A DNA stretch of 63,994 nt, counting the filler, from Globobulimina sp. (taxonomy: Eukaryota), in assembly GCA_003354225.1 (NCBI GenBank). It is 49 parts of 49 records of this genome, joined end to end, with 100 filler letters (N's around TTAATTAATTAA, not from the genome) between each part and the next. Parts side by side here need not be neighbours in the genome. Positions count along the whole stretch, not along the records: positions 1 to 1,209 come from PIVH01020935.1; positions 1,310 to 2,518 come from PIVH01020936.1; positions 2,619 to 3,827 come from PIVH01020937.1; positions 3,928 to 5,136 come from PIVH01020938.1; positions 5,237 to 6,445 come from PIVH01020939.1; positions 6,546 to 7,754 come from PIVH01020940.1; positions 7,855 to 9,063 come from PIVH01020941.1; positions 9,164 to 10,372 come from PIVH01020942.1; 41 more parts are not named here. One strand, given 5' to 3'. Of this stretch, positions 1 to 10,610 are shown piece by piece. The notes under the pieces are model-generated. The model was not told where the DNA came from. It made no database searches and worked only from the letters and a program-made list of their open reading frames with translations. Each line of letters begins with the position of its first letter. The stretch's first letter is position 1. The position numbers and the translations under genes are program-made.

Positions 1-1
1 A

Positions 2-1018
2 ATCTCAATCATATGCAACGTGTTACGGGATGGAAAGTTGTCATATTGTCCACGCATACAACATTTGAATAAATTGATTGCTATCATTAAATAATGTGGA
101 TTGGAAAAGGAGACTTATCCACACATTGCATCGTTTGCCGTGGCTCAATTTGAAACTGTGTTTGATTTCCAATTGAAAAATTATAATCCAACCATAAAAA
201 ATAATAATATTGAAAAAATAAATAAAAAAACAATATCTTTGCATAAGAAATTATATCAAGTGATCATTGAGTTTGTCACTAATTTTAAAACAGAATTTGT
301 TGCCAAATTAGAAGGTTATGTGACGATTATGATTGATTTTAATGATGTTTTATTGGACAATGATCATTTTATTGCTTGTATGTATCTAATAATAAAGGCG
401 TATTCGTGTGAGTATAATACCTGTTTCATACTGTTACAAATTATAAATAAAACTGTCAAACAAATGGATAAAAGTGTCAAGAGCCGGAATGAATGTTTAT
501 ATTTTTTAAAATTTATTTTGCAGCAAAAATATAATGAGACATTGTGGCATAATCCGCAGATGGTAAAGTTGATAGAATCGACGATAAAACATGGATTGAT
601 TGATCGTGAAACGAAATCAGAATCTGAATTATTGCTGAAAACATTCAAATTGTTACAAATTAATATACTTAAAACAAAAATAAATAAAAATAAACATTTT
701 AGGAAAAATAAATCGATGGACATTGCTAAAATGAATGCAATCAATGCGCCATTACCACCATCGAAAATAAATAAAAATAAATCAATGGATGATAAAAAAT
801 ATAATTCTAAGAAAGGAAAAAGAAAAAGAAAAAGAAGCTCGAATTCTGATGAAAATGTCCTTAAATCCAAGAAAAACAAGAGAAAAAAAGTAAAATCACT
901 GATGCGGATTGAATTTCATAATAAGCTTAAGAGTACCAATGGGTTTGTAACTGAATCATACTCCGAAATACCTCATTTTGATGATATTTGTGCCTCTGCA
1001 AACGATCAATCTCTGTAA
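2..1018 (+). CDS. CLASP/TOG-like HEAT-repeat protein fragment with Lys-rich tail; in-frame TAA at 92-94
   Basis: KSVKSRNECLYFLKFILQQ...LIESTIKHGLIDRETKSESELLLKTF resembles the end of a CLASP TOG domain. The frame is open from base 2 except for one TAA. Confidence 0.55.
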
Positions 1019-1209
1019 TTATAATTCAATCAAATCTATTGTTAATTTGTTATCTTAGCTTTATTAAATATTGAATTAATTAATTTGGAAAATGTTTGCT
1101 TTTTTTGCTTCTTTTGTGTGTGTTTTTGCATCATATTTTTATACTGTTTTTTGTGATATATATTTCTAATACTCAACTCATACTCATTTCTAATGTTTTT
1201 TTTTCAAAT

Positions 1210-1309
1210 NNNNNNNNNNNNNNNNNNNNNNNNNNNNNNNNNNNNNNNNNNNNTTAATTAATTAANNNNNNNNNNNNNNNNNNNNNNNNNNNNNNNNNNN
1301 NNNNNNNNN
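1210..1309. other. Artificial contig linker (44 N + TTAATTAATTAA + 44 N); first of 48 identical linkers
   Basis: The same 100-nt pattern recurs every 1309/1308/1307 nt; the core has stops in all six frames; contig length falls from 1209 to 1207. Confidence 0.99.
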
Positions 1310-1419
1310 TCCATTTCTGTTGAAGTATCCAATTTTTGCTTCTTTTGTGGTGGCAACAAATCCTCATTGTTGTCAATCGAACACTGTCGTTTACGAGAAT
1401 TTGGTGCAAGAGTTGACAT
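1310..1419 (-). CDS. N-terminus of hypothetical protein (MSTLAPNSRKRQCSIDNNEDLLPPQKKQKLD...), NLS-like
   Basis: ATG at 1419, open to the contig end, 50 nt after the upstream stop. Confidence 0.5.
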
Positions 1420-1469
1420 TGTTCACTCACTTAATTATGTTACTAAAACTTTTCAATACCAACATTAAA

Positions 1470-2518
1470 TTATTTTGGCTTTAAAAGTTTTACGTTTGTT
1501 CCAATATTCGACGTAGATATCGCTAAGTGATATTTCTTGTCTTTTGGTAAATTATCCATTGCCGAACCATAATCCGTATCATTAATACGAAATGATAATG
1601 AAAAGTTCTGCTTTAAATCTAAACACATTTCAACAATATCGCCACTTTTCAGTGAAATAGCATAATTTTTACCTCCTTTCCCATCAATATATACATTTGA
1701 GCCACTGCCATATGGATTATATATCCAACAACCAGGTGATTGGCAATGTGTAGTTGTTATATCGACAGTTTTATCCACAATGCCAATCATCATATGATAA
1801 CTACTCGCATTGCTTAGAGTTACCTTCATTCTCCAATGATATTTATATCCTTTTTTACAAACCGCTTTACCATACACTGTACCCCACGAATTATTAGTTG
1901 CTGTCATAACATTCCCTTGAATTGAGATATTTGGTCCTTTCTTGCCACGATTCCACGAATCCATAAATCCTTTTTTTGTCGCTGCCATTACAATGTTACA
2001 ATATTCACTCCAACCACAATCATTTTTTGCTCGCATTCTTAGAATATAAACACGATTTGATTTTAAATCTTCGATTTTATATTTATTACGTTTTCTATGC
2101 TTTTTACTAAATTTTATTTCCGAATTTATTTTCCATTTCACTGAATCTATATTAATATCATCAAAGTTTGATAATTTTGTATCGTTACTTTCGAATTCTG
2201 CTTCATTTCTGCTTTCTGAACTTCTGTCACTATCACTATCATCATCTGATTTTGATTCATATTTCTTATTCTTTTTGCTGCGTTTTTTATTTTTGTTCTC
2301 TGCAGATTCCATCACAAAAGATTTGGGTAAAATTGCATGTTCCAAACTGATTCCTAATATGTTTTTTGATGATATTATATCTGAACTATCAAACTCAAAT
2401 TGAACCTATATGTTAGCAATAAAATAAAGCTCAAAAATTGAATAGAATGAAAATGTTATATTAACATACATTGATTGTGGAAAACCCTGTTTTTCTGATT
2501 GATAATGTAAGAGCACGA
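1470..2518 (-). CDS. Fibronectin type III + SPRY/B30.2-like domain protein (5' partial; intron 2406-2469)
   Basis: FN3 motif YKIEDLKSNRVYILRMRAKNDCGWSEY; SPRY-like YHWRMKV...MMIGIV...GDIVEMCLDL...LSFRINDTDYG. Removing a 64-nt GTATGT...TAG intron joins the frames. Confidence 0.8.
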
Positions 2519-2618
2519 NNNNNNNNNNNNNNNNNNNNNNNNNNNNNNNNNNNNNNNNNNNNTTAATTAATTAANNNNNNNNNNNNNNNNNNNNNNNNNN
2601 NNNNNNNNNNNNNNNNNN

Positions 2619-2925
2619 CATCGCTCCAAACATTATCCAATTCTGCGTTTGCATTCGATAAACCAATCCAGTAATTAGGACGATTATTTTTTTCGAATTC
2701 AGTATACGTAATATTGCTGATTGCGTTTTTTATTTGGGTCAATGTACTGGCATCGTGGATGCTGATTAAATGACTGCTGTATGTAGAAAGACAATACGAT
2801 TCTGCTTCAAACCAAGTCATTTCGTTATTATCAGATGGTAAAATGAAGCATTTAGAGATGATAGTTTGCGTTAATACCATTACCAACACTATTTGATACA
2901 ATACCATTAGGGCTTTCAGAGTCAC
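2619..2925 (-). CDS. Secreted C-type lectin domain protein (3' partial)
   Basis: Hydrophobic leader followed by MTWFEAESYC...SHLISIH...YWIGLS...VWSD. Confidence 0.85.
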
Positions 2926-3023
2926 ACTAAAAAAAGAGTCATAACATTAGCTTGATACAATAATAAAAAAAAGAGTCACACAGACATTCAGATCTAAAAT
3001 AAATATATAAAGCAGTCATAATT

Positions 3024-3827
3024 TCATTTCATCCGCATTCCATAATATGCTGTAACGATATTATTTATTGCTTTCGTGGCAGTATTTTTCTGATTTAAAT
3101 TTACAAAATAAACATCAATGACATGAATACAAAATGTGAGAGTAATAACTTGTGTTAATGATAACACTTTACTTGGAAATAAATATGGAATTCTGATTCC
3201 TGCCTCATGCCAACAATTAACTTCTGCTGTTGTATAAAAAGAATTGTTTTGAATGAAAATGTCATACTCATATCGACAGCCTTTTATTGCATCTGATTTA
3301 TATTCAATGTCAAATCCAAAACAAAAAAATCCATCATTTGTATCTGAATCTCTACAGCAAACTGGAATAAATGTAATATTCATCTCATTCTCACATACAT
3401 AAACAAATTTATCTCCACAAATTTGACAGGATTCGTTTTTTTCTGAACTCCAAAACAACTTTAAATGTTCACCTTGAATCTTCCATATTGTTTCAGCAAT
3501 ATCCTTTATAATAATGCTGTTGTTATCATTGCATAGAAACGGAATTAATGATTCATAAAATATATTTTTTAAATTTTCATTCAATAATTGCAATTCTGCT
3601 TTGTTTACAAAGGCTGTTTTAATTTTATTACATCGAAAACTGAATAAATTAATGATATACATTGGAATATCCGTATTAACATTGACGTTCTTTGCAATTG
3701 TTATGTGATTAATTAACGATACTAACATTTGTTGGTTCTTATCTGCGCATAAAACCTTTCATAATTTTATCAAATAACTTTAGCGCCAAAATATAATTCT
3801 TCATTTGCACATTGCGATGCCATATAT
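3024..3827 (-). CDS. Hypothetical protein, possible MATH-like beta-sandwich C-terminus
   Basis: ORF of at least 234 aa; only weak motif resemblance. Confidence 0.45.
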
Positions 3828-3927
3828 NNNNNNNNNNNNNNNNNNNNNNNNNNNNNNNNNNNNNNNNNNNNTTAATTAATTAANNNNNNNNNNNNNNNNN
3901 NNNNNNNNNNNNNNNNNNNNNNNNNNN

Positions 3928-5097
3928 CAAGCCCATGCTCTGACCTTTCCCCAATGGCACGTGTGTCTCGAATCCGTCATGTGGCGAGCTCGAAGCGTGT
4001 ATGCCTATCTTTCCCATTCCCATGATTATAACCCTGAGATTACTGCCCGGATTGGCGCTCGAGTGGAAGCCCTGGATAGGTTCTACTCCGAAGCTTTCCG
4101 GCTAGTTCTCAGGGCAATTGCTACCAACGCTGAACAATGGTACCCCGTGATTGAACCCTTGTTGAGCTCGCAGGCGAATCGTAGTCATTCCCTGCCTGCT
4201 CACTTGATATATTTGGCTGGACGACCCGGAGCCCGTTCGGGTAATATTCACAATGACCCGTTGCCTGAACGAATCCCTGGCTTCTTTCGAATCCCCAATC
4301 CTCTCAAGAATTTCCTAACGACGTTGCAGGCGATGTCGGCTTGGCCACCTTCAACGGTTGGACGTCCCTTTAATGTCTTTCGAGATTCTACCCCTGTGGA
4401 CCTAAGTTTTTATTACCCTGCCCCTCGTCAGACGGCAGTTCCAGAGTTTCCGTATCCCCGTCTTGGCGATTACTCTTGGTTGAGTCCTAACCAGGGTTTC
4501 GATCGAGAACGCCTTTACGAGACTCTGGCTCATGTCGAGCTGCGATGCCCTAATGTTGACGAAAGTCAACTTTCCTATTTTATATATATGTCACAAGTCG
4601 GTCATATACAAGAATTCTGGGAGTTCGTCTGTGGTGACCAGATCATGATTATTGCTGTACTTCGGATGGGTCTGCTGTTTATCAGGCATAAGCGCAGCAT
4701 TATGGCCAGAAGTCAGTATTATAATCAACATGCTGCCCATGTTGAGTTTCTTCCCCGAGATGCACCCCCTGATCGTCCGACTGATTGGGAGAACGAAATC
4801 GCCCTTCGAGGTCGCCCTGACTCAAATGTTTATACTGTCGAGAATCCTAGACATCGGGTCGAGGAAGAAGTCCTCCCGTCTGGAATCGTCACGGCTGGAC
4901 GGGCCTCCGACCGTAATGGTCAAGGTCTGTTAGTCGACCGATCCCATAGTTCAGACCTGGAATTGAAACTGTATAACCAACAGCGTTCCAGTTTCTCTAC
5001 GTTCCCCGTGGCCACTGTTAATTACGGCATTTATGTGGAACAAAAGAGATTATACAAACTTTATACCCGTCATGAAGAAGAGGGATTGAATTATTAG
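3928..5097 (+). CDS. Hypothetical protein (ORFan), GC-richer than most contigs, 5' partial
   Basis: Uninterrupted frame from the contig start to TAG at 5095-5097; no introns; no family recognised. Confidence 0.65.
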   Translation, partial: QAHALTFPQWHVCLESVMWRARSVYAYLSHSHDYNPEITARIGARVEALDRFYSEAFRLVLRAIATNAEQWYPVIEPLLSSQANRSHSLPAHLIYLAGRPGARSGNIHNDPLPERIPGFFRIPNPLKNFLTTLQAMSAWPPSTVGRPFNVFRDSTPVDLSFYYPAPRQTAVPEFPYPRLGDYSWLSPNQGFDRERLYETLAHVELRCPNVDESQLSYFIYMSQVGHIQEFWEFVCGDQIMIIAVLRMGLLFIRHKRSIMARSQYYNQHAAHVEFLPRDAPPDRPTDWENEIALRGRPDSNVYTVENPRHRVEEEVLPSGIVTAGRASDRNGQGLLVDRSHSSDLELKLYNQQRSSFSTFPVATVNYGIYVEQKRLYKLYTRHEEEGLNY

Positions 5098-5813
5098 CCG
5101 GGAATTACCCCTGAAAGTGTTATCATGCCCTCCTACNNNNNNNNNNNNNNNNNNNNNNNNNNNNNNNNNNNNNNNNNNNNTTAATTAATTAANNNNNNNN
5201 NNNNNNNNNNNNNNNNNNNNNNNNNNNNNNNNNNNNCTACTTACACCCATTATTGCAGATAAGTAATAAACCGAAGGATCAAATATTTCTGGATATGCAT
5301 GATTGATCCGACTGATGACTGACTATGGTGATTGAGAGAATATTTAATTTGCTTTCCTTTATTTCCGAAAGGGGTGATGGGGATTATTGCCACCCTATAT
5401 AGGCTAGTTTGCCATTGACTCTATATGTTGACTGTAGAATGTTTTGTTTAACTAAGTTTTCTACTTTAAGACTCTACTCACCTTCGAATTACTTCCTTAC
5501 AATCTAAATAACTTAGCAAGTCTCTACAATAGACAAAAAAAATCAACTGAATTAGTGACACAATTATGTAAATTATTCATCATCTATTGATTTGTAAAAA
5601 AGTATCATTTAACATTATCATTGCATTATTTTTTTGAACATGGAGAAATAGCCTTAATTATGTTCAATTCAATTAAATAAAAACATTGCACAAATGTTCA
5701 CAAAACACAGACACAATGAATATACAATAAGAGAAAGAACAAGCACAGTAAACATAAAACTTGCGGATGGCAACTTCCATATTCACCATTAAAATCACAG
5801 TCTTTTTAATTTC

Positions 5814-6445
5814 TTAAGACAGTCTCTTTTTAATCAATGCTCCAATTAATGATGTCAAAGCGGACACAATTATTACAGTGAAATGTTTCCATGTTATGAT
5901 TACAAACATTATTTTAAAACACTCGGGAAATTGTAATAATTCCGTGGTTAATCGTTGTATTTTAGCTTGTTGTGCCTCATCAGTCCAACTGCAATGTTTA
6001 TTTATAACTCTTGCTAAATGCGCCGGACATGCATTCATTTTAACAATGCCATACAAGATACCAAACATCCACATACTGGTTCGAATTACAATAATTGCTA
6101 ATTGAACATAAGTTTCCTCTCCGTGATAATACGCAAAACCAACCGAATTACCTAGAAACCAAAATAATATACTGATGTTCGTATATATTTGTTATTTGAT
6201 TACATCACACAACATACGGAAGTACATTTGGATAACTTAAGTGAGGCGAAAAGTAAATGATAACAAAATACTATGGATGCTACTATTTGCCATTTCAATT
6301 TAATTCGGGAGATAAAGTTTTGTATTTTATAAACTTCATCTTTGATTTGATCGATATTTATATTGCCATTTTTAATCATTATTATTAATTTATTATATTT
6401 ATCAACACAAACCAATGAGAATGATAATATAATTAAGCACACAGA
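5814..6445 (-). CDS. Multi-pass membrane protein, gustatory-receptor-like/DUF3537-like (7TMIC) C-terminal half; one intron at about 6152-6225
   Basis: Two exons give TM - amphipathic helix (IDQIKDEVYKIQNFISRIKLKWQ) - TM - TM - KMNACPAHLARVIN - LTTELLQFPECFKIMFVIITWKHFTVIIVSALTSLIG. Confidence 0.55.
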
Positions 6446-6545
6446 NNNNNNNNNNNNNNNNNNNNNNNNNNNNNNNNNNNNNNNNNNNNTTAATTAATTA
6501 ANNNNNNNNNNNNNNNNNNNNNNNNNNNNNNNNNNNNNNNNNNNN

Positions 6546-7213
6546 TTAACATATTACACGCAAATTCGCAGACAAAATAGGCACCAAACTCGGGCTAAAT
6601 GTAACATTACAAATGTCTTCAAAATCTTCGATATGCGCTTTGTTTCAGTTTGATTATAATCCGGGTCGGTTTTAAAAATACTATTCCATAATTTCAACTT
6701 GACATCGCGCGGTAACAATGCTGAGAAATCCGCCACTTTTCTCCAACTTATCTTGCCGCCCAAAGTAGTATCAAACTTAGATTTGTCTTTGCTGTGACTG
6801 TCATAATTTTAATCAGTTGGTGTGTCGGGTGTATCTGATATAATATCTGCCGCATCAATAAATTGTGGCTCTTCCAGTTCCGTTGTGTCCGCATATGGAT
6901 CGTCTGCGGGAGTTACAATAATTTGAAATCCTTTTTTCTTTTTTTGGGTGGAACTTTCATTTTGCATTTGTTGGAAGCCTTGTTGCTGTTCATCTGTTTC
7001 TAAATCAGAAAGATAATCTCCATTAAGGCCATCATTGTTGCTGTGTTCTTTGGATGTTGAAAATTCCGCAGTTGTTTCATTGCGACTCGTGCTTTTCGTT
7101 GCGATGCTATCGTCTATCAAGCCATTTTTGGCATTTTTAGGTCTGCCACGTGGCGCTGTATTAGGTACTACGGCATTCGGATCAGTGTTGTCCGGACTAC
7201 AAATACTACCCAT
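6546..7213 (-). CDS. Hypothetical protein with N-terminal MGSICS acylation motif; in-frame TAA at 6809-6811
   Basis: ORFs 6809-7213 and 6554-6763 are in the same frame, separated only by one TAA. Confidence 0.55.
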
Positions 7214-7253
7214 GATGTTGCAAAGTTTTTGTGTTGAATTGACTAAACGACAA

Positions 7254-7271
7254 ATTCCAAAAGATAACCCC
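7254..7271 (-). promoter_or_regulatory. Candidate upstream motif GGGGTTATCTTTTGGAAT (also at 39400-39417 and 30289-30303; variants at 37988-38001 and 31666-31680)
   Basis: Recurs in non-coding DNA of five unrelated contigs, usually 20-65 nt upstream of an ATG on the same strand. Confidence 0.45.
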
Positions 7272-7375
7272 CCTCTCCACCGTTTGGATAACCCCTGTTG
7301 TACTTCTTGCCAAATTCTGTATCTCTCTTGTAGATTTTACCTCAAGAAAACTGTGTAGATAGAGAAACTTTTACA

Positions 7376-7702
7376 ATGGCAACGGAAGTAGCCACTGAGA
7401 TGGTTCCTTTTGCAGGCGTCCAAAGCCCTTCTGCCCATCCCATACACTCTAATGGTGAACGATGTAAATGTAACATGAGATGGAGAACATTGTATGATAT
7501 ATTGGTAATGATATTATTATTATATTGCACATTCGTCGCCAGTTATTTATTACATCAACATATAGATACAGATACAGAAGGTAATGAAAGGCAAAATAAA
7601 TGTATTTGTAATGATACCACCACAAGTTCCATCACAATTGGAGATGTTATAAATAATTTAGATGCATTGAATCAAACAATATCATCACATCAAACTGATT
7701 AG
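7376..7702 (+). CDS. Type II membrane protein N-terminus, hypothetical
   Basis: One hydrophobic segment ILVMILLLYCTFVASYLL; divergent from the gene starting at 7213. Confidence 0.5.
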   Translation: MATEVATEMVPFAGVQSPSAHPIHSNGERCKCNMRWRTLYDILVMILLLYCTFVASYLLHQHIDTDTEGNERQNKCICNDTTTSSITIGDVINNLDALNQTISSHQTD

Positions 7703-7723
7703 ATTAGATTAGATTAGATTAGA
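7697..7723. repeat. (GATTA)n microsatellite
   Basis: About 5 tandem GATTA copies. Confidence 0.85.
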
Positions 7724-7854
7724 TGAATTTAACATAAACTATTGTGAAAACACANNNNNNNNNNNNNNNNNNNNNNNNNNNNNNNNNNNNNNNNNNNNTT
7801 AATTAATTAANNNNNNNNNNNNNNNNNNNNNNNNNNNNNNNNNNNNNNNNNNNN

Positions 7855-8842
7855 CGGAATATGTCCAATTAAATGATCAGGAAGGATCATCTGAGGAAGA
7901 TGATGCGTTACGAGATCACATATCTGACATAGTATCAACTGTGTCGATTTTAAGTTTGATTGTGATAATCATATTTGGCATATTTGCTAGAATTGTATCG
8001 TTTGTTCAAATGAAACGTGACCGTGTAATATACAAAATATTCAAATCGCTAGAACTTAGAAGTAGCAGTAATAGCAATTTGAAAGAAATTAAATTGGGAG
8101 ATTTGGAAATCAATGAAAATTGTTGCATTGCTGGATGTATTGCATTTTCATATCAATCATACCAATTATCTGAACATATAGTTACTTTTGTGATTGGTTT
8201 TTTAGGTAATTGCTTTTTTACGTACCATATCAATCAAATACATTAATTATGTTTTATTTTTATGTTACTTTAGGATGGGCATTTGGATGGACATTGGTGT
8301 CGGGCATATATTGGACGTACAAAGTTAGAGAGAGATTTTATTATTCATTGGTATTAACACTGCTTGGTATTATGTTCTATTTTTTCAGATCAATTAAAGT
8401 GAAAAGGCAGTTTGAGCGATGGAAGAGATCAACAAATATTAAAAATGCGCAATGTCATGTATCATCCGACAGTGATGACAATATGTTTGACAGTGATGTT
8501 GAAAATGAGGAGTTGGAATATGATATGTTTGAAATGAAAGCAAAACATCATCAGACATTGTATCGTATATCAAATAAGAACTTTTTTTTCCGAAAAGCAT
8601 ATGGTTTGATGGTAGCACTGCCGTGGGAATTAACTTATGATCTTGCAATGGAAGAGATGGTGCTTGGTGTAACGCATTCTGTTTTGTTGAGATTTAGTGT
8701 TGCTTTTGCAGCGACCATTATTTTGAGTTATTGTGGAGTTCAGTTTCTTAAAATTGGCTCTCAAATTCATCACAACAGTACATCTCATGCAACATCACAG
8801 CTTTTAAAAGGACATTATATGAAATTGAAAAGGTTTATGTGA
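7855..8842 (+). CDS. Multi-pass membrane protein, hypothetical (intron at about 8206-8272)
   Basis: Two ORFs joined by GTAATT...TTTAG; several hydrophobic segments. Confidence 0.6.
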
Positions 8843-9163
8843 ATTTTTATTTATGATGAGGTTTATGATGAAACGTATTGATAATGCATAGTAAGTAACC
8901 ATTATTAAAAAATCCGATATTAACTATTAAGTGGTGCGGTGATTATTGATTAATAATAAACTTTAATTACAAAAAGTTAAATAAATTCTATTAATTGACT
9001 TTTTTGGCGATGGCAGTTTGTATATCATTCTCATTTTTCCCTTTTGTTTCAGGAATCATAAAGNNNNNNNNNNNNNNNNNNNNNNNNNNNNNNNNNNNNN
9101 NNNNNNNTTAATTAATTAANNNNNNNNNNNNNNNNNNNNNNNNNNNNNNNNNNNNNNNNNNNN

Positions 9164-9891
9164 AGAACTGCCACGGATTTCATCAAGCTCTGTGACCCCA
9201 TCATCACAAGAGGTTGTAATGAAAACATCATCAAAACCAATGTTTGAACTGAAATCATCCAAACACAAATCAAAAAAATCAGTAAAAAAAAATAAATTTA
9301 ATGCTGAAATTAAAGCAAAGAGAAAAGTAATTAAAAAAATGGAAAAACAACAAATAGAACTTAGGTTTGTGTACATGTGTCTTTATTATTGTAGATTTGT
9401 AGTACTAAACAATATGTATTCTGATTAAGGAAAAGAGCGGAAATGAGAATACAACGGAAGAATGAATTGCGAGAACACATAAAGCTAAAAAGAAAGAAGC
9501 ACCCAGCATCCACAGAGTATGTAACAATTTGCAATTGTTCAGAATTAAAATAAAACATTTCTAATATATATACACAAGTTTTCAGATCGATTTTATTGGA
9601 AATTTTGAAGATGAAATTGCAAATATTCAGACAACAGATGTTAAACTAAAGACATTAGAGCAACAGTCTCTTTGTGGCGTGGAAATTTTAGCGTCAGAAC
9701 ACGAGGCAGAATTGATTCGAATGCAATTAGAAAGAGAATTGGGACTACGTCCATTCATGATGCTTCACCGGGCAATCACGCAAAAATATGAATCAAACCA
9801 AGATATTAACATTTTCAAATTAAAGCTGCCAGAACATAAGCAGCACTTATTTGTTAAAATACAAAGACTGCTGGATTTGGAAAAGAATTAA
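9164..9891 (+). CDS. Lys/Glu-rich coiled-coil protein fragment with two probable introns
   Basis: ORF pieces 9192-9428 and 9679-9891, with GT...AG segments near 9366-9429 and 9521-9585. Confidence 0.45.
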
Positions 9892-10372
9892 TCTTTCCTG
9901 TCTGGTTGAGAAAACTGTAGAATACTATTCTGTGTTGAACGAACGCAATGTTTCGTGAAATGTAATAACAGCGTTTGAATGATGTCGTTTGAGTTTATGT
10001 TTTCTCTGATAATCTGTTGGATTAGTGCTTGGTACGCAGATTCAAAATATTGTTTTTTCAAATCAATCAAAAAGTTGTCTAGCTTGTTTTGAACGAATGT
10101 ATATTGTTGTGAATCTTCACAAGCTGCAAACAATGATTTGTATGTTTCTACTGTTGCTTCACGTATTGTATTCCATTTCTCTTGGATTGTCAGTGAATAG
10201 CTCTCACTCATATTTTATTGGTTATATTGTGCTCATAATGTAAAGCATAATTGGTTCATTGTACAAAAAAAAGAAAGAAAGAAAAGCTGCACAAAAATAC
10301 AAAGACTGCTGGATTTGGAAAAGAATTAATCTTTCCTGTCTGGTTGAGAAAACTGTAGAATACTATTCTGTG
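9856..10372 (+). repeat. 79-bp exact direct repeat (9856-9934 and 10294-10372)
   Basis: AAAATACAAAGACTGCTGG...TACTATTCTGTG occurs twice; the second copy ends at the contig edge. Confidence 0.95.
9888..10211 (-). CDS. Hypothetical helical protein, 107 aa, convergent with the + gene and overlapping at the stop codons
   Basis: Complete ATG-to-TAA ORF. Confidence 0.45.
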   Translation of the reverse strand: MSESYSLTIQEKWNTIREATVETYKSLFAACEDSQQYTFVQNKLDNFLIDLKKQYFESAYQALIQQIIRENINSNDIIQTLLLHFTKHCVRSTQNSILQFSQPDRKD

Positions 10373-10472
10373 NNNNNNNNNNNNNNNNNNNNNNNNNNNN
10401 NNNNNNNNNNNNNNNNTTAATTAATTAANNNNNNNNNNNNNNNNNNNNNNNNNNNNNNNNNNNNNNNNNNNN

Positions 10473-10610
10473 TCTACCTGATCCGCTTTTTAAAAATTTT
10501 TCTCTACCAATAGCGTCTAGCTTTTCTATATAAGCTTCATAATAAATTAATCTCCAATCTTTTTTTAACGAAGTTGTGCGACATCCATAACCGTTTTGAT
10601 GTTCTTTTAA
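10473..10610 (-). CDS. Bacterial-type GIY-YIG nuclease C-terminal fragment joined in frame to the C2 gene
   Basis: LKEHQNGYGCRTTSLKKDWRLIYYEAYIEKLDAIGREKFLKSGSGR matches the small GIY-YIG pattern EH..G...T....W.LIYYEAY....A..REK.LKSG.GR. Confidence 0.75.

Noticed and set aside
364..879. 171-aa hydrophobic antisense ORF
   Set aside because: Reverse complement of a Lys-rich coding strand; the same applies to 9116-9376, 18528-18950, 53076-53366 and 53591-53962.
1254..1265. TTAATTAATTAA recurring every 1.3 kb as a biological repeat
   Set aside because: Always centred in N runs; it is an artificial six-frame-stop linker. ORFs ending in X...LIN or X...N are artefacts of it.
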